From SAR86 cluster bacterium (GTDB lineage: Bacteria > Pseudomonadota > Gammaproteobacteria > Magnimaribacterales > D2472): a DNA stretch of 35,802 bases. This document shows positions 9,424-18,919 of the stretch, piece by piece; the stretch's first letter is position 1; each line of letters begins with the position of its first letter. A program made the translations under genes and the position numbers. The DNA lies in the NCBI GenBank assembly GCA_003331565.1, contig QOPE01000003.1, forward strand, positions 1-35,802. Direction: 5' to 3'. The notes below the pieces were generated by a model. The model saw only the letters and a list, made by a program, of their open reading frames with translations, had not been told where the DNA came from and searched no databases.

Positions 9424-10211
9424 GTACTTATGTGATTGGCGACGTTCATGGTTGCTTTAACGAACTCAAAAAATTATTAAAAAAGATTTCATTTAATCCT
9501 TCAAAAGATTCAATTATTTTTACTGGAGATTTGGTCAACCGTGGCAATCAATCTCTTGAAGTTCTAGAGTTTTGCATGAAGGAAAAATCAATTGATACTG
9601 TACTTGGAAATCATGATGTTTTTTTAATAAAAAGCTTATTAGGGAAAAAATCACCCGAACGTTTAAAGAAAATTTGCGCACATAAAAATAAAAAAAAATT
9701 TTTACAATGGCTTGTTAAGAAGCCTTTTCTAATTTCAAAGAAACTGAATGGTAAAGAGTTCATTATTGTTCATGCTGGAATTCCACCTTCTTGGTCAATC
9801 AAAGATACTAAGGTTTTTGCTAAAAGACTCAGCAAAAACCTAAAAAATAATCCTGAGCAATTTGTACAACATGCTTGGGGAAATAAACCCAATACTTGGA
9901 ATAACAAACTTAATGATGAGGAGCTTGATAGAGTTACATTAAACTACCTCACAAGAATGAGGTTTTGTAATGCTTCTGGCAAGATGGATTTAAAATCAAA
10001 TGGTCTTTTTAGTAAAATGAAATTCAAGAAATGGTTCCAGCATTGGGATCTTGATGAAAATAAAAGAGTTATCTTTGGTCATTGGGCTGCATTGAATGGT
10101 AAGACTCTAAACAGGCAATTCATCGGTCTCGATACTGCATGTGTTTGGGGCGGAAAGCTAACAGCTTTTAGGCTAGACGATGAAACATTCTTCCAAATAA
10201 AAAAAATATGA
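9420..10211 (+). CDS. apaH: Bis(5'-nucleosyl)-tetraphosphatase, symmetrical (Ap4A hydrolase)
   Basis: IGDVHG, GDLVNRG, LGNHD, VHAGI, TRMRFC, FGHWAAL and LDTACVWGG motifs. Confidence 0.96.
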   Translation: MSTYVIGDVHGCFNELKKLLKKISFNPSKDSIIFTGDLVNRGNQSLEVLEFCMKEKSIDTVLGNHDVFLIKSLLGKKSPERLKKICAHKNKKKFLQWLVKKPFLISKKLNGKEFIIVHAGIPPSWSIKDTKVFAKRLSKNLKNNPEQFVQHAWGNKPNTWNNKLNDEELDRVTLNYLTRMRFCNASGKMDLKSNGLFSKMKFKKWFQHWDLDENKRVIFGHWAALNGKTLNRQFIGLDTACVWGGKLTAFRLDDETFFQIKKI

Positions 10212-11215
10212 AGACTTATCAGGTTGGTGGAAGCGTCAGAGATGAGCTGCTTGGCGTGGAACCTCATGACAAAGATTGGGTTGTTGTTGGGTCTTCTCCG
10301 GAAGAAATGATCGAGGCTGGATTTAGACCAATTGGAAAGGATTTTCCTGTCTTTCTTCATCCAGATACGAAAGAAGAATATGCACTTGCAAGAACTGAAA
10401 GAAAATCTGGCAAGGGCTATCATGGATTTAAGTTTTACTATGATCCCTCAGTAACACTTGAAGATGATTTGCTAAGAAGAGATCTTACAATCAATGCCAT
10501 TGCTAAAGATAGTCAGGGCAAACTGATTGATCCCTTTAATGGTCAGGATGATTTATTAAATAAAAAACTTAGAAATGTTTCCAATGCCTTTTGTGAAGAT
10601 CCGCTAAGAGCTATAAGGCTTGGAAGGTTTCTTAGCTATAAACACATTTCAGATTTTTCAATAACCCCGCAACTTAAAGCCATTGTTAAGAAAATCTTAG
10701 ATTCTGGAGAATTAAACTATCTTTCAAGTGACAGAGTATTTGCTGAAATAGATAAAGCAATGCAAAACCATTTCCCTGAAAAATTTTTTAATTTTGTGGT
10801 TGAGAATAAACTTGATAAACCATGGCTAAAAGATATCAACTCACTTGATGGTTTTAGTGCTTCGAATTCAGATCTTAGATGGGTGGAGCTATCATGCTTG
10901 AATCATTTCACTGATTTTGATCAAATCCCTCTGCCAAGCAAGATTAAAAAACTTATTAGTATAGCCAAACAACTTGCTAATATAGAGATCGACAATATTC
11001 TTATCGAAAATATTGACTCTCTTAGAATCCTAAGAAACGAAGAAGATATTATGAGGATTTTGTCCTTAGGACTAGAATGCATGGATCAAAATCTTATTAC
11101 GAAGATTGTGCTTTTATATAAGGATATTAAATTTGCAGAGCTGGAAAAATTAGATCCGAATGAAAGAAAGAACGAAAAAATTAACCTATTAAAGGACTTG
11201 GTGAGTAAGTTATGA
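10208..11215 (+). CDS. cca: tRNA nucleotidyltransferase (CCA-adding enzyme), short form without HD domain
   Basis: VGGSVRD.LLG...D.D, GKDFPVF, ALARTERK, RRDLTINA and EDPLR..R..RF motifs. Confidence 0.94.
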   Translation: MKTYQVGGSVRDELLGVEPHDKDWVVVGSSPEEMIEAGFRPIGKDFPVFLHPDTKEEYALARTERKSGKGYHGFKFYYDPSVTLEDDLLRRDLTINAIAKDSQGKLIDPFNGQDDLLNKKLRNVSNAFCEDPLRAIRLGRFLSYKHISDFSITPQLKAIVKKILDSGELNYLSSDRVFAEIDKAMQNHFPEKFFNFVVENKLDKPWLKDINSLDGFSASNSDLRWVELSCLNHFTDFDQIPLPSKIKKLISIAKQLANIEIDNILIENIDSLRILRNEEDIMRILSLGLECMDQNLITKIVLLYKDIKFAELEKLDPNERKNEKINLLKDLVSKL

Positions 11216-11940
11216 ATAAAGTCGCACTGATCACTGGCGGTGCCAAGAGAATTGGCTTTGAAATTGCTAAACTTCTATGGAGTGAGGATTGGGATTTAAT
11301 TATTCACTATCGCTCCTCCCAGCCTGAGGCTGAACTGTTTGCAAATGAAATGAATGAGCAAAGAGAAAATTCAGTTCAATTAATTCAAGCGGATCTTGAT
11401 AATGCAGAAGATGTAAAAAGGGTGATAATCCAGACCATCAAATGGCACTCAAGAGTTGATGCGCTGATCAATAATGCCTCAACATTCTTCCCTACCCCGC
11501 TGGGGGAAATAAATGAAAACAATTGGGAAAAATTAATTAATAGTAATATAAAAGCGCCGCTTTTTCTGATTGATGGCTTGGCTGATGAGCTCAAGAAAAA
11601 TCATGGCAATATTATTAATATTACTGATATGAATATTGAAAAAGGTTTGGCTAATCATGCCATCTACATTGCTGCTAAAGCTGGTCTTGAAGCTATTACC
11701 AAAGTATTTGCAAGAGATCTAGCACCTGCTATAAAAGTAAATGCTGTAGCACCCGGCGCAATATTAGAGCCACCAGGTATTGAGTGGTCTGAAGATGTAA
11801 AAAAGAAAATACTAAGAAAAATACCGCTTAACAGAATGGGAAATGAAAAAGATATAGCTGAGGCGGTTTTATTTTTAATTAATTCCCCTTATATTACAGG
11901 TCAAACAATCAATGTAGATGGTGGGAGATCAATCGGCTAA
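11212..11940 (+). CDS. folM: Pteridine reductase / FolM-type SDR
   Basis: TGGAKRIG (GxxxRxG), HY.SS, NNAS.F, ITD, YxxxK and DGG motifs; near folK and folB. Confidence 0.82.
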   Translation: MNKVALITGGAKRIGFEIAKLLWSEDWDLIIHYRSSQPEAELFANEMNEQRENSVQLIQADLDNAEDVKRVIIQTIKWHSRVDALINNASTFFPTPLGEINENNWEKLINSNIKAPLFLIDGLADELKKNHGNIINITDMNIEKGLANHAIYIAAKAGLEAITKVFARDLAPAIKVNAVAPGAILEPPGIEWSEDVKKKILRKIPLNRMGNEKDIAEAVLFLINSPYITGQTINVDGGRSIG

Positions 11941-12983
11941 TGGATGATTTATTTTCAGGAACTAAAGCCGTAGATCATAAGCTTAAATTTGATGAGCAAG
12001 GTCTGCATGATTGGTTTTCTAAAAATCTTTCTGAATTTGGTTCCATTGAAAAAATTGAACAATTTAAAGGTGGCCAATCCAATCCCACTTACAAAATTAC
12101 AACTGCTAATAAAAAGTTTGTTCTCAGAAGAAAGCCACCTGGAAAATTATTACCTTCTGCTCATGCGGTAGATAGAGAATATAAAGTTATAACCGCATTA
12201 AATTCTACTGACGTGCCAGTCCCTAGGACATTTGGTCTCTGTGAAGATGAAAAAATTATTGGTACATCATTCTTTGTTATGGAATTTTTGGATGGAAATA
12301 TTTATTGGGATTTACTGCTTGAAGACTTTAATCCAAAAATCAGAAGAGCCATTTATGATAGTAAAAATAAAGTCATTAGTGCATTGCATCAAGTAAATTT
12401 TGAATCCATTGGTCTCGGTGATTATGGCAAACACGGCAACTACGTTGCTCGTCAAGTTTCGACTTGGACAAAGCAATATCTTGCATCACAAACCGACGAT
12501 ATAGAATCTATGAACAATTTAATAGAATGGTTACCAAAAAATATTCCTGATGATGATGAAACGTCTATTGTTCATGGGGACTACCGTTTAGATAACATGA
12601 TCTTCAATGATAATCACGAAGTGATTGGCGTTCTTGATTGGGAGTTATCAACGCTTGGACATCCCATCGCAGATTTTAATTATCATTGTCTTAATTGGAG
12701 AACCCTCCCGCAACTTCAAGATGAGAAGTACTGTAAAGAGTCTGGAATTCCATCAGAGAAGGAGTACATGGATATGTATGCCATGAGAACTGGAAAGGAT
12801 CTTAATAAGCACTGGGAGTTTTACATTATCTTTAATATATTTAAAATCGCCGCTATCTTGCAAGGTATCCTAGGTAGAGTTAGAGATGGCACAGCTACAA
12901 GCAAGCACGCAGAAGAGAGAGGCATGCAAGTCTATCCTCTCTCTGAGGCAGCCTGGAATAATGTACTTAAAGAGTACGGTTAA
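11940..12983 (+). CDS. APH-family phosphotransferase, ACAD10/11 N-terminal-like
   Basis: QFKGGQSNPTY, VLRRKPPGKLLPSAHAVDREY, HGDYRLDN and LDWELSTLG motifs. Confidence 0.9.
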   Translation: MDDLFSGTKAVDHKLKFDEQGLHDWFSKNLSEFGSIEKIEQFKGGQSNPTYKITTANKKFVLRRKPPGKLLPSAHAVDREYKVITALNSTDVPVPRTFGLCEDEKIIGTSFFVMEFLDGNIYWDLLLEDFNPKIRRAIYDSKNKVISALHQVNFESIGLGDYGKHGNYVARQVSTWTKQYLASQTDDIESMNNLIEWLPKNIPDDDETSIVHGDYRLDNMIFNDNHEVIGVLDWELSTLGHPIADFNYHCLNWRTLPQLQDEKYCKESGIPSEKEYMDMYAMRTGKDLNKHWEFYIIFNIFKIAAILQGILGRVRDGTATSKHAEERGMQVYPLSEAAWNNVLKEYG

Positions 12984-13430
12984 TCAATCTGTAGTTACTT
13001 TTTCTAAGTTTGAGTCGCCTAGATTGATGCTGAGCTTATCCGATAAATGTGGTGAAATAATTTCATTAATCGGAATTCCAACAAAATTATATTTTTCGAG
13101 CTCATCACTAACAAATTGAATATCATCATCTGCAACAACTAAAATGATATCAATATCTATGGTCCTAGAACTAAATTTTGGCTGGGATCTGTCACGCTTA
13201 AGAAGATTTTCTATTTTTTTTAATTCTTTATTTAAATCATCGAAGTCTAGTTTGCTTTTAATACCTAAAGCGCAGTTAATAAAGTCCTCTCCCTCAAATC
13301 CTTCAGAGGGTGATTTATAAAAGTTTGAACAGCTAATTTCTATACCAATTTTTTTTAAATGGTTAATGGCTGAATTCAGGTTAGAAATTGCATCTATGTT
13401 GCTGCCCAAAGAAAGAAAAAAAGACTTCAT
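12984..13430 (-). CDS. folK: 2-amino-4-hydroxy-6-hydroxymethyldihydropteridine pyrophosphokinase
   Basis: LSLGSN, F.N, K.IE...R and SRTIDIDI motifs; downstream of folB; C-terminus lacks the usual PH motif. Confidence 0.85.
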   Translation of the reverse strand: MKSFFLSLGSNIDAISNLNSAINHLKKIGIEISCSNFYKSPSEGFEGEDFINCALGIKSKLDFDDLNKELKKIENLLKRDRSQPKFSSRTIDIDIILVVADDDIQFVSDELEKYNFVGIPINEIISPHLSDKLSINLGDSNLEKVTTD

Positions 13431-13774
13431 CTTTCAATCATAATACCGACATCTTTAGAAAATCTTAATGCTCCTGGTTTCGAGAGCCTAAGCTTAACTT
13501 TTTGAATGCCGAATTTAGATTTTAAATGGTCCACTATGCCCTCACCTAAAGCTTCAATTAATTTATAGTCGGAGCCCTTAATAAAGGAAATTAAAGACTT
13601 GGTTATTTTTTTGTAATCCAAGGTATCGTCAATTGAATCACTTTTACCTGGTACTGAGACATCAAATTCAAAATCTAAATCTATGCTGATTAGCTGCCTA
13701 ACCTCTCTTTCCCAGCCAAAGATTCCAATGATGGTTTCAACTCTTAGATCTCTTATGTATATCGTATCTTTCAT
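13427..13774 (-). CDS. folB: Dihydroneopterin aldolase
   Basis: IGIFGWER..RQ, LDY, LIEAL, KPGA and VGI.IER motifs. Confidence 0.95.
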   Translation of the reverse strand: MKDTIYIRDLRVETIIGIFGWEREVRQLISIDLDFEFDVSVPGKSDSIDDTLDYKKITKSLISFIKGSDYKLIEALGEGIVDHLKSKFGIQKVKLRLSKPGALRFSKDVGIMIER

Positions 13775-14781
13775 AGCTTTAACTCATCAAGTGGCCATCT
13801 AGGTCTAACCGATGAGACTAAATTATATGATGAAATCTCAGAATATAATGAGCCTAGATAAGCAACCATCGCCGCATTATCTGTGCAATGACGAAGAGGC
13901 GGATAATGCAAATTAATATTTTTATTATCAGCAAGAGAGTCCATTTTTGATCTTAGTAGTTTGTTGGCTGCGACTCCTCCAGCCAAGACAATATCTTTGA
14001 CAGAATTTTTTGATAAAGCGAAGTCAATCTTTTTAACAAGAATTTCAGTTGCTGACTCTTGAAAGGATGCAGCAATGTCTGCCTGATGCTTATCAGTAAT
14101 GGTCGATAACTTCTCAACGGCATATAAAACGGCTGTCTTTAAACCACTAAAACTCATATCGCAATCGTTAGAGTGAGCCATCGGTTGTGGAAAAGAAAAA
14201 GATGAGCTATCTCCTTGCATAGCAATTTTCTCAAGAATTGGTCCTCCTGGATAACCAAGATTTAACAACTTAGCAACCTTATCAAAGGCCTCACCTACTG
14301 CATCATCTCTTGTGTCGCCTAATAATTCATAATCACCAAGCTTGTTGACTTTAATGATCATACTATGACCACCTGAAACCAATAAAGTAATGAATGGGAA
14401 ATCCAAATGAATGTCTTGATCAATTTTTGGAGCATGTAAATGAGCCTCTAAGTGATTAATAGGCACAACCGGTTTATTAAGACTGATTGAGAGACCGTGT
14501 GCTAAATTCTCACCAATTAATAGTGCACCAATAAGTCCTGGTCCAGCAGTATATGCAATTTGATCTATATTTTTTAAATCAAACTCTGCCATGCACTGAT
14601 CCAAAACGTTGATAATTTTGGCGCAGTGATCACGAGATGCAAGTTCAGGTACTACCCCCCCATACGCTGCATGCAAATCAATTTGAGAATAAACTTTTTC
14701 AGCAATTATTTGAGAAGAATTGCTGTCATAAAGAGCAATAGCCGTCTCATCACATGAAGTTTCAATACCTAAGGTAACCAT
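13771..14781 (-). CDS. tsaD: tRNA N6-adenosine threonylcarbamoyltransferase
   Basis: LGIETSCDET, GGVVPELASRDH, HLEAH, LVSGGH, DDAVGEAFDK and CTDNAAM motifs; start reassigned to ATG 14781 to avoid overlap with rpsU. Confidence 0.97.
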   Translation of the reverse strand: MVTLGIETSCDETAIALYDSNSSQIIAEKVYSQIDLHAAYGGVVPELASRDHCAKIINVLDQCMAEFDLKNIDQIAYTAGPGLIGALLIGENLAHGLSISLNKPVVPINHLEAHLHAPKIDQDIHLDFPFITLLVSGGHSMIIKVNKLGDYELLGDTRDDAVGEAFDKVAKLLNLGYPGGPILEKIAMQGDSSSFSFPQPMAHSNDCDMSFSGLKTAVLYAVEKLSTITDKHQADIAASFQESATEILVKKIDFALSKNSVKDIVLAGGVAANKLLRSKMDSLADNKNINLHYPPLRHCTDNAAMVAYLGSLYSEISSYNLVSSVRPRWPLDELKL

Positions 14782-14791
14782 AATTTTTTCT

Positions 14792-14820
14792 TTGCAATAG
14801 TATGCCAAAAAGCATAAACT
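14792..14820 (+). promoter_or_regulatory. Putative sigma70 promoter of rpsU
   Basis: TTGCAA (14792-14797), 17-nt spacer, TAAACT (14815-14820); 13 nt before the rpsU ATG. Confidence 0.6.
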
Positions 14821-14833
14821 ACGCATCTTAATT

Positions 14834-15052
14834 ATGCCTTCAATCAAAATAAAAGATACTGAATACTTTGACGTTGGTCTTCGAAAATTTAAACGTGCTT
14901 GCGAAAAAGCAGGAATTGTTCCTGAAATTCGTAAACGTGAATTTTACGAAAAACCAACTGAGATGAGAAAAAGAAAAATGGCTGCAGCAAAGAAACGTGC
15001 CCATAAATCAAATAGAAAATTTTCTTTTTCTCGTCAAAGGTCCTACAGATAA
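14834..15052 (+). CDS. rpsU: 30S ribosomal protein S21
   Basis: [12 protein letters not shown]...[11 protein letters not shown]; divergent from tsaD. Confidence 0.97.
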   Translation: MPSIKIKDTEYFDVGLRKFKRACEKAGIVPEIRKREFYEKPTEMRKRKMAAAKKRAHKSNRKFSFSRQRSYR

Positions 15053-15499
15053 TTGTCCTTACTAGATCAAATCAATCAAGACATTAAAAGTGCCATGCTT
15101 GAAAAGCGCGTACTTGAAAGAGATACACTCAGAATGCTACTTGCTGAAATTAAGCGGTATCAAATTGATGAAAAAGCTGAGGCAACCGATGAGGTCGTCC
15201 TGACAATCATTAACAAGATGGTCAAACAGCGAAAAGACTCTATTGAACAATTCACAAAGGGTGGTCGGGATGACTTGGCTTCTAAAGAGAAAGATCAATT
15301 AGAGGTCATCAAGCAATACCTACCAGAGCAGCTTTCTGAAGATAAAATTCGTGAAATTGTTGAAGCTGGTGTTAACTCAACCCAAGCATCCTCCATGCAA
15401 GATATGGGTAAAGTCATGGGTGCCATCAAATCTGAATTACAGGGCAAAGCTGATATGGGGCTTGTAAGTCAGATTGTTAAGACAGCACTTTCTAGTTAG
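15053..15499 (+). CDS. yqeY: GatB/YqeY domain protein
   Basis: KQRKDSIEQF.KGGR.DL, YLPEQLS, DMGKVM and GKAD motifs; TTG start abutting the rpsU stop. Confidence 0.93.
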   Translation: MSLLDQINQDIKSAMLEKRVLERDTLRMLLAEIKRYQIDEKAEATDEVVLTIINKMVKQRKDSIEQFTKGGRDDLASKEKDQLEVIKQYLPEQLSEDKIREIVEAGVNSTQASSMQDMGKVMGAIKSELQGKADMGLVSQIVKTALSS

Positions 15500-16728
15500 T
15501 GTTTGTAGGCCGAAGGTAAATCCCTTTTATCTGTATACCTTTCTGTTAGTCTTGAAGCACGAGTTGCTAGACTCATTTCATCCCCATTAATAATGACAGT
15601 AGTGGGATATGCTGAAGGTTCCAATGGATCATCGCTCCAAATTACTATATCTGCAAAATTTCCCTCTTTAAGTGATCCTCTATTCTGAATATTGAAAATC
15701 TCAGCAACCGTACTTGTCATGCCTGCGATGCCTGCTGAATAATTCATACCATGAGCAACAGCATTACCCGCACCCTGCCTCATTAAATGATAATTATGGC
15801 TCCTTTGTGTGCTAAACATTACTTTGATACCGGCATTACTAAGAATGCCACCCAGCTTAATATTTGAAGCTAATTCATCGAATGAATCTGGAATGTTATC
15901 CATAGGATCAATAATAACTGAAACCCCTGATGCCTGAATTTGATCTAATACCAATGGTGCTTCTTCAACACTCATTAACACTAAATCAAGATCAAATTCT
16001 TTTTTAAGACGCAATGCCTGAAGTATGTCTGATGCTCGATTCACCTCTAGAACCAAAGGTATTTCTCCATTTACCACTCTTGCTAGAGCTTCAATATCTT
16101 GTAGCTGCATATCTAAAGAGCTTGCAAATGTAGTTTCCAGCAAATCTTCTATCTCAGCCCCATCTTTATTTTTTGCTAATTCAAACATGGACTCCATGAT
16201 TTGAACAGTTTCAGCTCTTGAACCTCCTGTTGCACCAATTCTTGAATACATTGCTACATCCGGATCTCCTGTGATATCTAAGTTCCCATCAAGCAAGAAG
16301 AAAGATCCCATCCCCTTAAAAATGTGGCTTGAATATCCGGGGGTGGAAATCGAAGATGTAACACCATTACTTCTATTCCATGGAATCAGTGTGGAATGTG
16401 GATTGAAGGCATTGAAAACACTGAAGCCTGGTCCAAAAAAATCTGGTTCATCATCATTAGTAACATCTAAGGCATTAATCTCTACTACCCCCAAGTTACT
16501 TATGGGCGAAATAAGCCCTGGAGTAACTGGCTTACCCCTTGCTTCTATGACTTTAGCCGATGATGAATTTAAAAACTTACCAACTTCTACTATTTTATTA
16601 TCAGTAATTAAAATATCGCCTATGAAACTATCGCCTTGTCCATCATGGATTTGACCAGACTTAATCAAAATTGAGTTAGCAGTTAAATTAAAAGATAAAA
16701 ATACTATAAATAAGATTAATCGCTTCAT
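15496..16728 (-). CDS. Exported amidohydrolase-superfamily protein lacking the HxH metal motif
   Basis: Signal peptide; A.GK.VTPGLI and RGSLKEG.FAD.VIW..DPL amidohydrolase flanks; SPISN in place of DxHxH. Confidence 0.8.
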   Translation of the reverse strand: MKRLILFIVFLSFNLTANSILIKSGQIHDGQGDSFIGDILITDNKIVEVGKFLNSSSAKVIEARGKPVTPGLISPISNLGVVEINALDVTNDDEPDFFGPGFSVFNAFNPHSTLIPWNRSNGVTSSISTPGYSSHIFKGMGSFFLLDGNLDITGDPDVAMYSRIGATGGSRAETVQIMESMFELAKNKDGAEIEDLLETTFASSLDMQLQDIEALARVVNGEIPLVLEVNRASDILQALRLKKEFDLDLVLMSVEEAPLVLDQIQASGVSVIIDPMDNIPDSFDELASNIKLGGILSNAGIKVMFSTQRSHNYHLMRQGAGNAVAHGMNYSAGIAGMTSTVAEIFNIQNRGSLKEGNFADIVIWSDDPLEPSAYPTTVIINGDEMSLATRASRLTERYTDKRDLPSAYKH

Positions 16729-18161
16729 AATGATGCCCTCTCATCAGATGGATTGATAATACCTAAGTCAAAATCAGTAACTGGCTGTGTTTGCTTTTCT
16801 CCTCTAACAAAAGCTTCAGCCCCATCAATAAATACATATTCCGCCAACGCATAAACACTAAATGGATTTTTGCTCCAAATAACTAAATCGGCATCTTTCC
16901 CAATCTCAATAGTGCCTGTTTGATCCAAAATTCCAGCTGCTTTTGCTGGATTACTTGTGATCCATTGAATTGCACGAGCTTTGCTGATTTCATAACCAGC
17001 TCTTAATCCAGCAGATAAAGCTTTTGCGGCCTCTTGATTGAGATGCTGAATACCAACCTCATCATCCGAATGCACGATAGCACATCCTTTGCCACCCCTT
17101 GCTTGGTCTACAATAGAAATATTGGCTGGAACCATGTCATAGGCCTCATGTTTAAAGCCCCACCAGTCTGCCCATAAAGCTCCACAAATCCCCTCGTCTG
17201 CTAACAGATCTGCAATTTTATAAGCTTCGACTGCATGATGGAATGCGGTGATTTTATAATTAAATTCCTTAGATAATTCAATCATATTTGCCATCTCATC
17301 GGCTCTATAGCAATGATTTTGAACTAATATCTCACCACTTAAGACCCCTGCAAGAGTGTCAAGCTCTAGGTTTCTTCTAGGAGGATCAACAAGCTCTTTG
17401 GCTTCATCTGACTTTTCAATATATTCATTCTGACGTTTTTGATAATCGACTGCACTGATCCAAGCATTTCTGTAGCCTGCCATGTTCCCCATCCTGGTTG
17501 AAGGTGCTGACCCTCGATTGCCGTAAACTCTCTTTGGGTTTTCACCACAAGCCATCTTTAATGAGTGAGGAGCACCTGGGAATTTCATATCATGAATTAT
17601 GTTTCTAGGAATATTCTTAAAAGTTGCCCCGCGACCACCAAACAGATTTGCAGAACCAGGCAACACATGAAAAGCAGTAACACCACCTTTCAACGCTAGA
17701 GAAAATTGAGGATCCTGTGACCAAACAGAGTGTTCAGCCCAAACCTCAGCCGTATTAGGGCTGGTTGCCTCATTTCCATCTGAGCTTGTTCTTACACTTG
17801 GTGCTGGATAAACCCCCATGTGGGAATGAATATCAATAAGTCCAGGAGTTAACCATTTTCCCCTAGCGTCAATAATCGTTGCATTATTATCAACGATATC
17901 TTTTCCTATCTCCTTAATGATGCCGTCGTCAAAAAGTACATCAAAGTTCGAATATTCATTACCAAGCCCATCATAAAGATTTACAGACTTAATTAGTGTT
18001 CTCTCCGATTCGAGCGGTTTGTAGTTAGATTCAAATGGTTCTCTTTCTAATGAAGTAGATTTTTCTGGAGCATCAGTTGTTTTGGATTTAGATACTTCAA
18101 AATCCTCTGAGCATGAGTAAATTAGAAGCATAGAGAAAGCTAAAAATAAATGATTTTTCAT
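16725..18161 (-). CDS. Metal-dependent amidohydrolase, probable lipoprotein
   Basis: PGLIDIHSH, LKMACGENPKR, HCYR, FHHAVE, HSDD, NPAKAAG and GTIE.GKDAD motifs; start reassigned to ATG 18161 (MKNHLFLAFSMLLIYSC, lipobox-like). Confidence 0.9.
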   Translation of the reverse strand: MKNHLFLAFSMLLIYSCSEDFEVSKSKTTDAPEKSTSLEREPFESNYKPLESERTLIKSVNLYDGLGNEYSNFDVLFDDGIIKEIGKDIVDNNATIIDARGKWLTPGLIDIHSHMGVYPAPSVRTSSDGNEATSPNTAEVWAEHSVWSQDPQFSLALKGGVTAFHVLPGSANLFGGRGATFKNIPRNIIHDMKFPGAPHSLKMACGENPKRVYGNRGSAPSTRMGNMAGYRNAWISAVDYQKRQNEYIEKSDEAKELVDPPRRNLELDTLAGVLSGEILVQNHCYRADEMANMIELSKEFNYKITAFHHAVEAYKIADLLADEGICGALWADWWGFKHEAYDMVPANISIVDQARGGKGCAIVHSDDEVGIQHLNQEAAKALSAGLRAGYEISKARAIQWITSNPAKAAGILDQTGTIEIGKDADLVIWSKNPFSVYALAEYVFIDGAEAFVRGEKQTQPVTDFDLGIINPSDERASL

Positions 18162-18214
18162 ACTAATTAATTCCAATGAATGATTAAACAATCATAAAGG
18201 ATATAATGCTTCTC

Positions 18215-18919
18215 ATGAAAAGATCAAATGACAGAGCTTTTGACCAGCTTAGAGACGTCAATGTTGAAACAGGCATTATTGGTAATGCCGAAGGATCTGC
18301 ATTAATTAAGTTTGGAAACACTCATGTGATTTGCACGGCATCAATTGAAAATTCTGTACCCAGATGGATGAAAAATAGCAATAAGGGATGGATCACAGCT
18401 GAGTATGGCATGCTTCCAAGATCAACTCATGAGAGAATGGGAAGAGAGGCTGCCCGAGGAAAACAAAGCGGAAGAACACAAGAGATTCAGAGACTTATCG
18501 GTAGATCTCTTCGACAAAGTGTGAACTTGGAATATTTAAAAGATCACACCATCACAATAGACTGCGATGTGATTCAGGCTGATGGAGGAACACGCACTGC
18601 CTCAATTACCGGGGGCTGTATTGCTTTATTTTCTGCAATTCAAAATAAATTAAAAGATCATAGGGCTATAAAAAAACATGTGGCTGCCATTTCCATTGGC
18701 CTCCTTAACGACGAGCCTATTTTAGATCTTGACTATACAGAGGACTCTTCAGCTGAAACTGATCTTAATCTAGTCATGGATGAAGATAATGGAATCATTG
18801 AAATACAAGGCACTGCAGAAGAGAAACCATTTTCAAATGAGCAACTTGAACAGATGTTGGATATTGGGAAAAAAGGTATAGGCCATTTGATTGAGCTTCA
18901 GAAAAAATGTCTCAATTAA
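18215..18919 (+). CDS. rph: Ribonuclease PH
   Basis: [46 protein letters not shown] and EIQGTAE motifs; start at 18215 or 18206. Confidence 0.98.
   Translation: MKRSNDRAFDQLRDVNVETGIIGNAEGSALIKFGNTHVICTASIENSVPRWMKNSNKGWITAEYGMLPRSTHERMGREAARGKQSGRTQEIQRLIGRSLRQSVNLEYLKDHTITIDCDVIQADGGTRTASITGGCIALFSAIQNKLKDHRAIKKHVAAISIGLLNDEPILDLDYTEDSSAETDLNLVMDEDNGIIEIQGTAEEKPFSNEQLEQMLDIGKKGIGHLIELQKKCLN

Noticed and set aside
9680-9705. Long A-runs in apaH (also in pdxA and gmk) as phase-variation or frameshift sites
   Set aside because: Reading frames are intact and such runs are common in Lys-rich, AT-rich genes.
8300-13119. Short nested or antisense ORFs (8300-8488, 9051-9233, 10079-10423, 11385-11594, 11989-12171, 12886-13119)
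   Set aside because: Shadow frames of conserved genes with no recognisable family features.
14782-14847. N-terminal extension of tsaD in the ORF track
   Set aside because: Overlaps rpsU and its promoter; family homology starts at ATG 14781.
16271-17548. ORFs 16271-16654 (+) and 17366-17548 (-) within the amidohydrolases
   Set aside because: Antisense or alternative-frame shadows.
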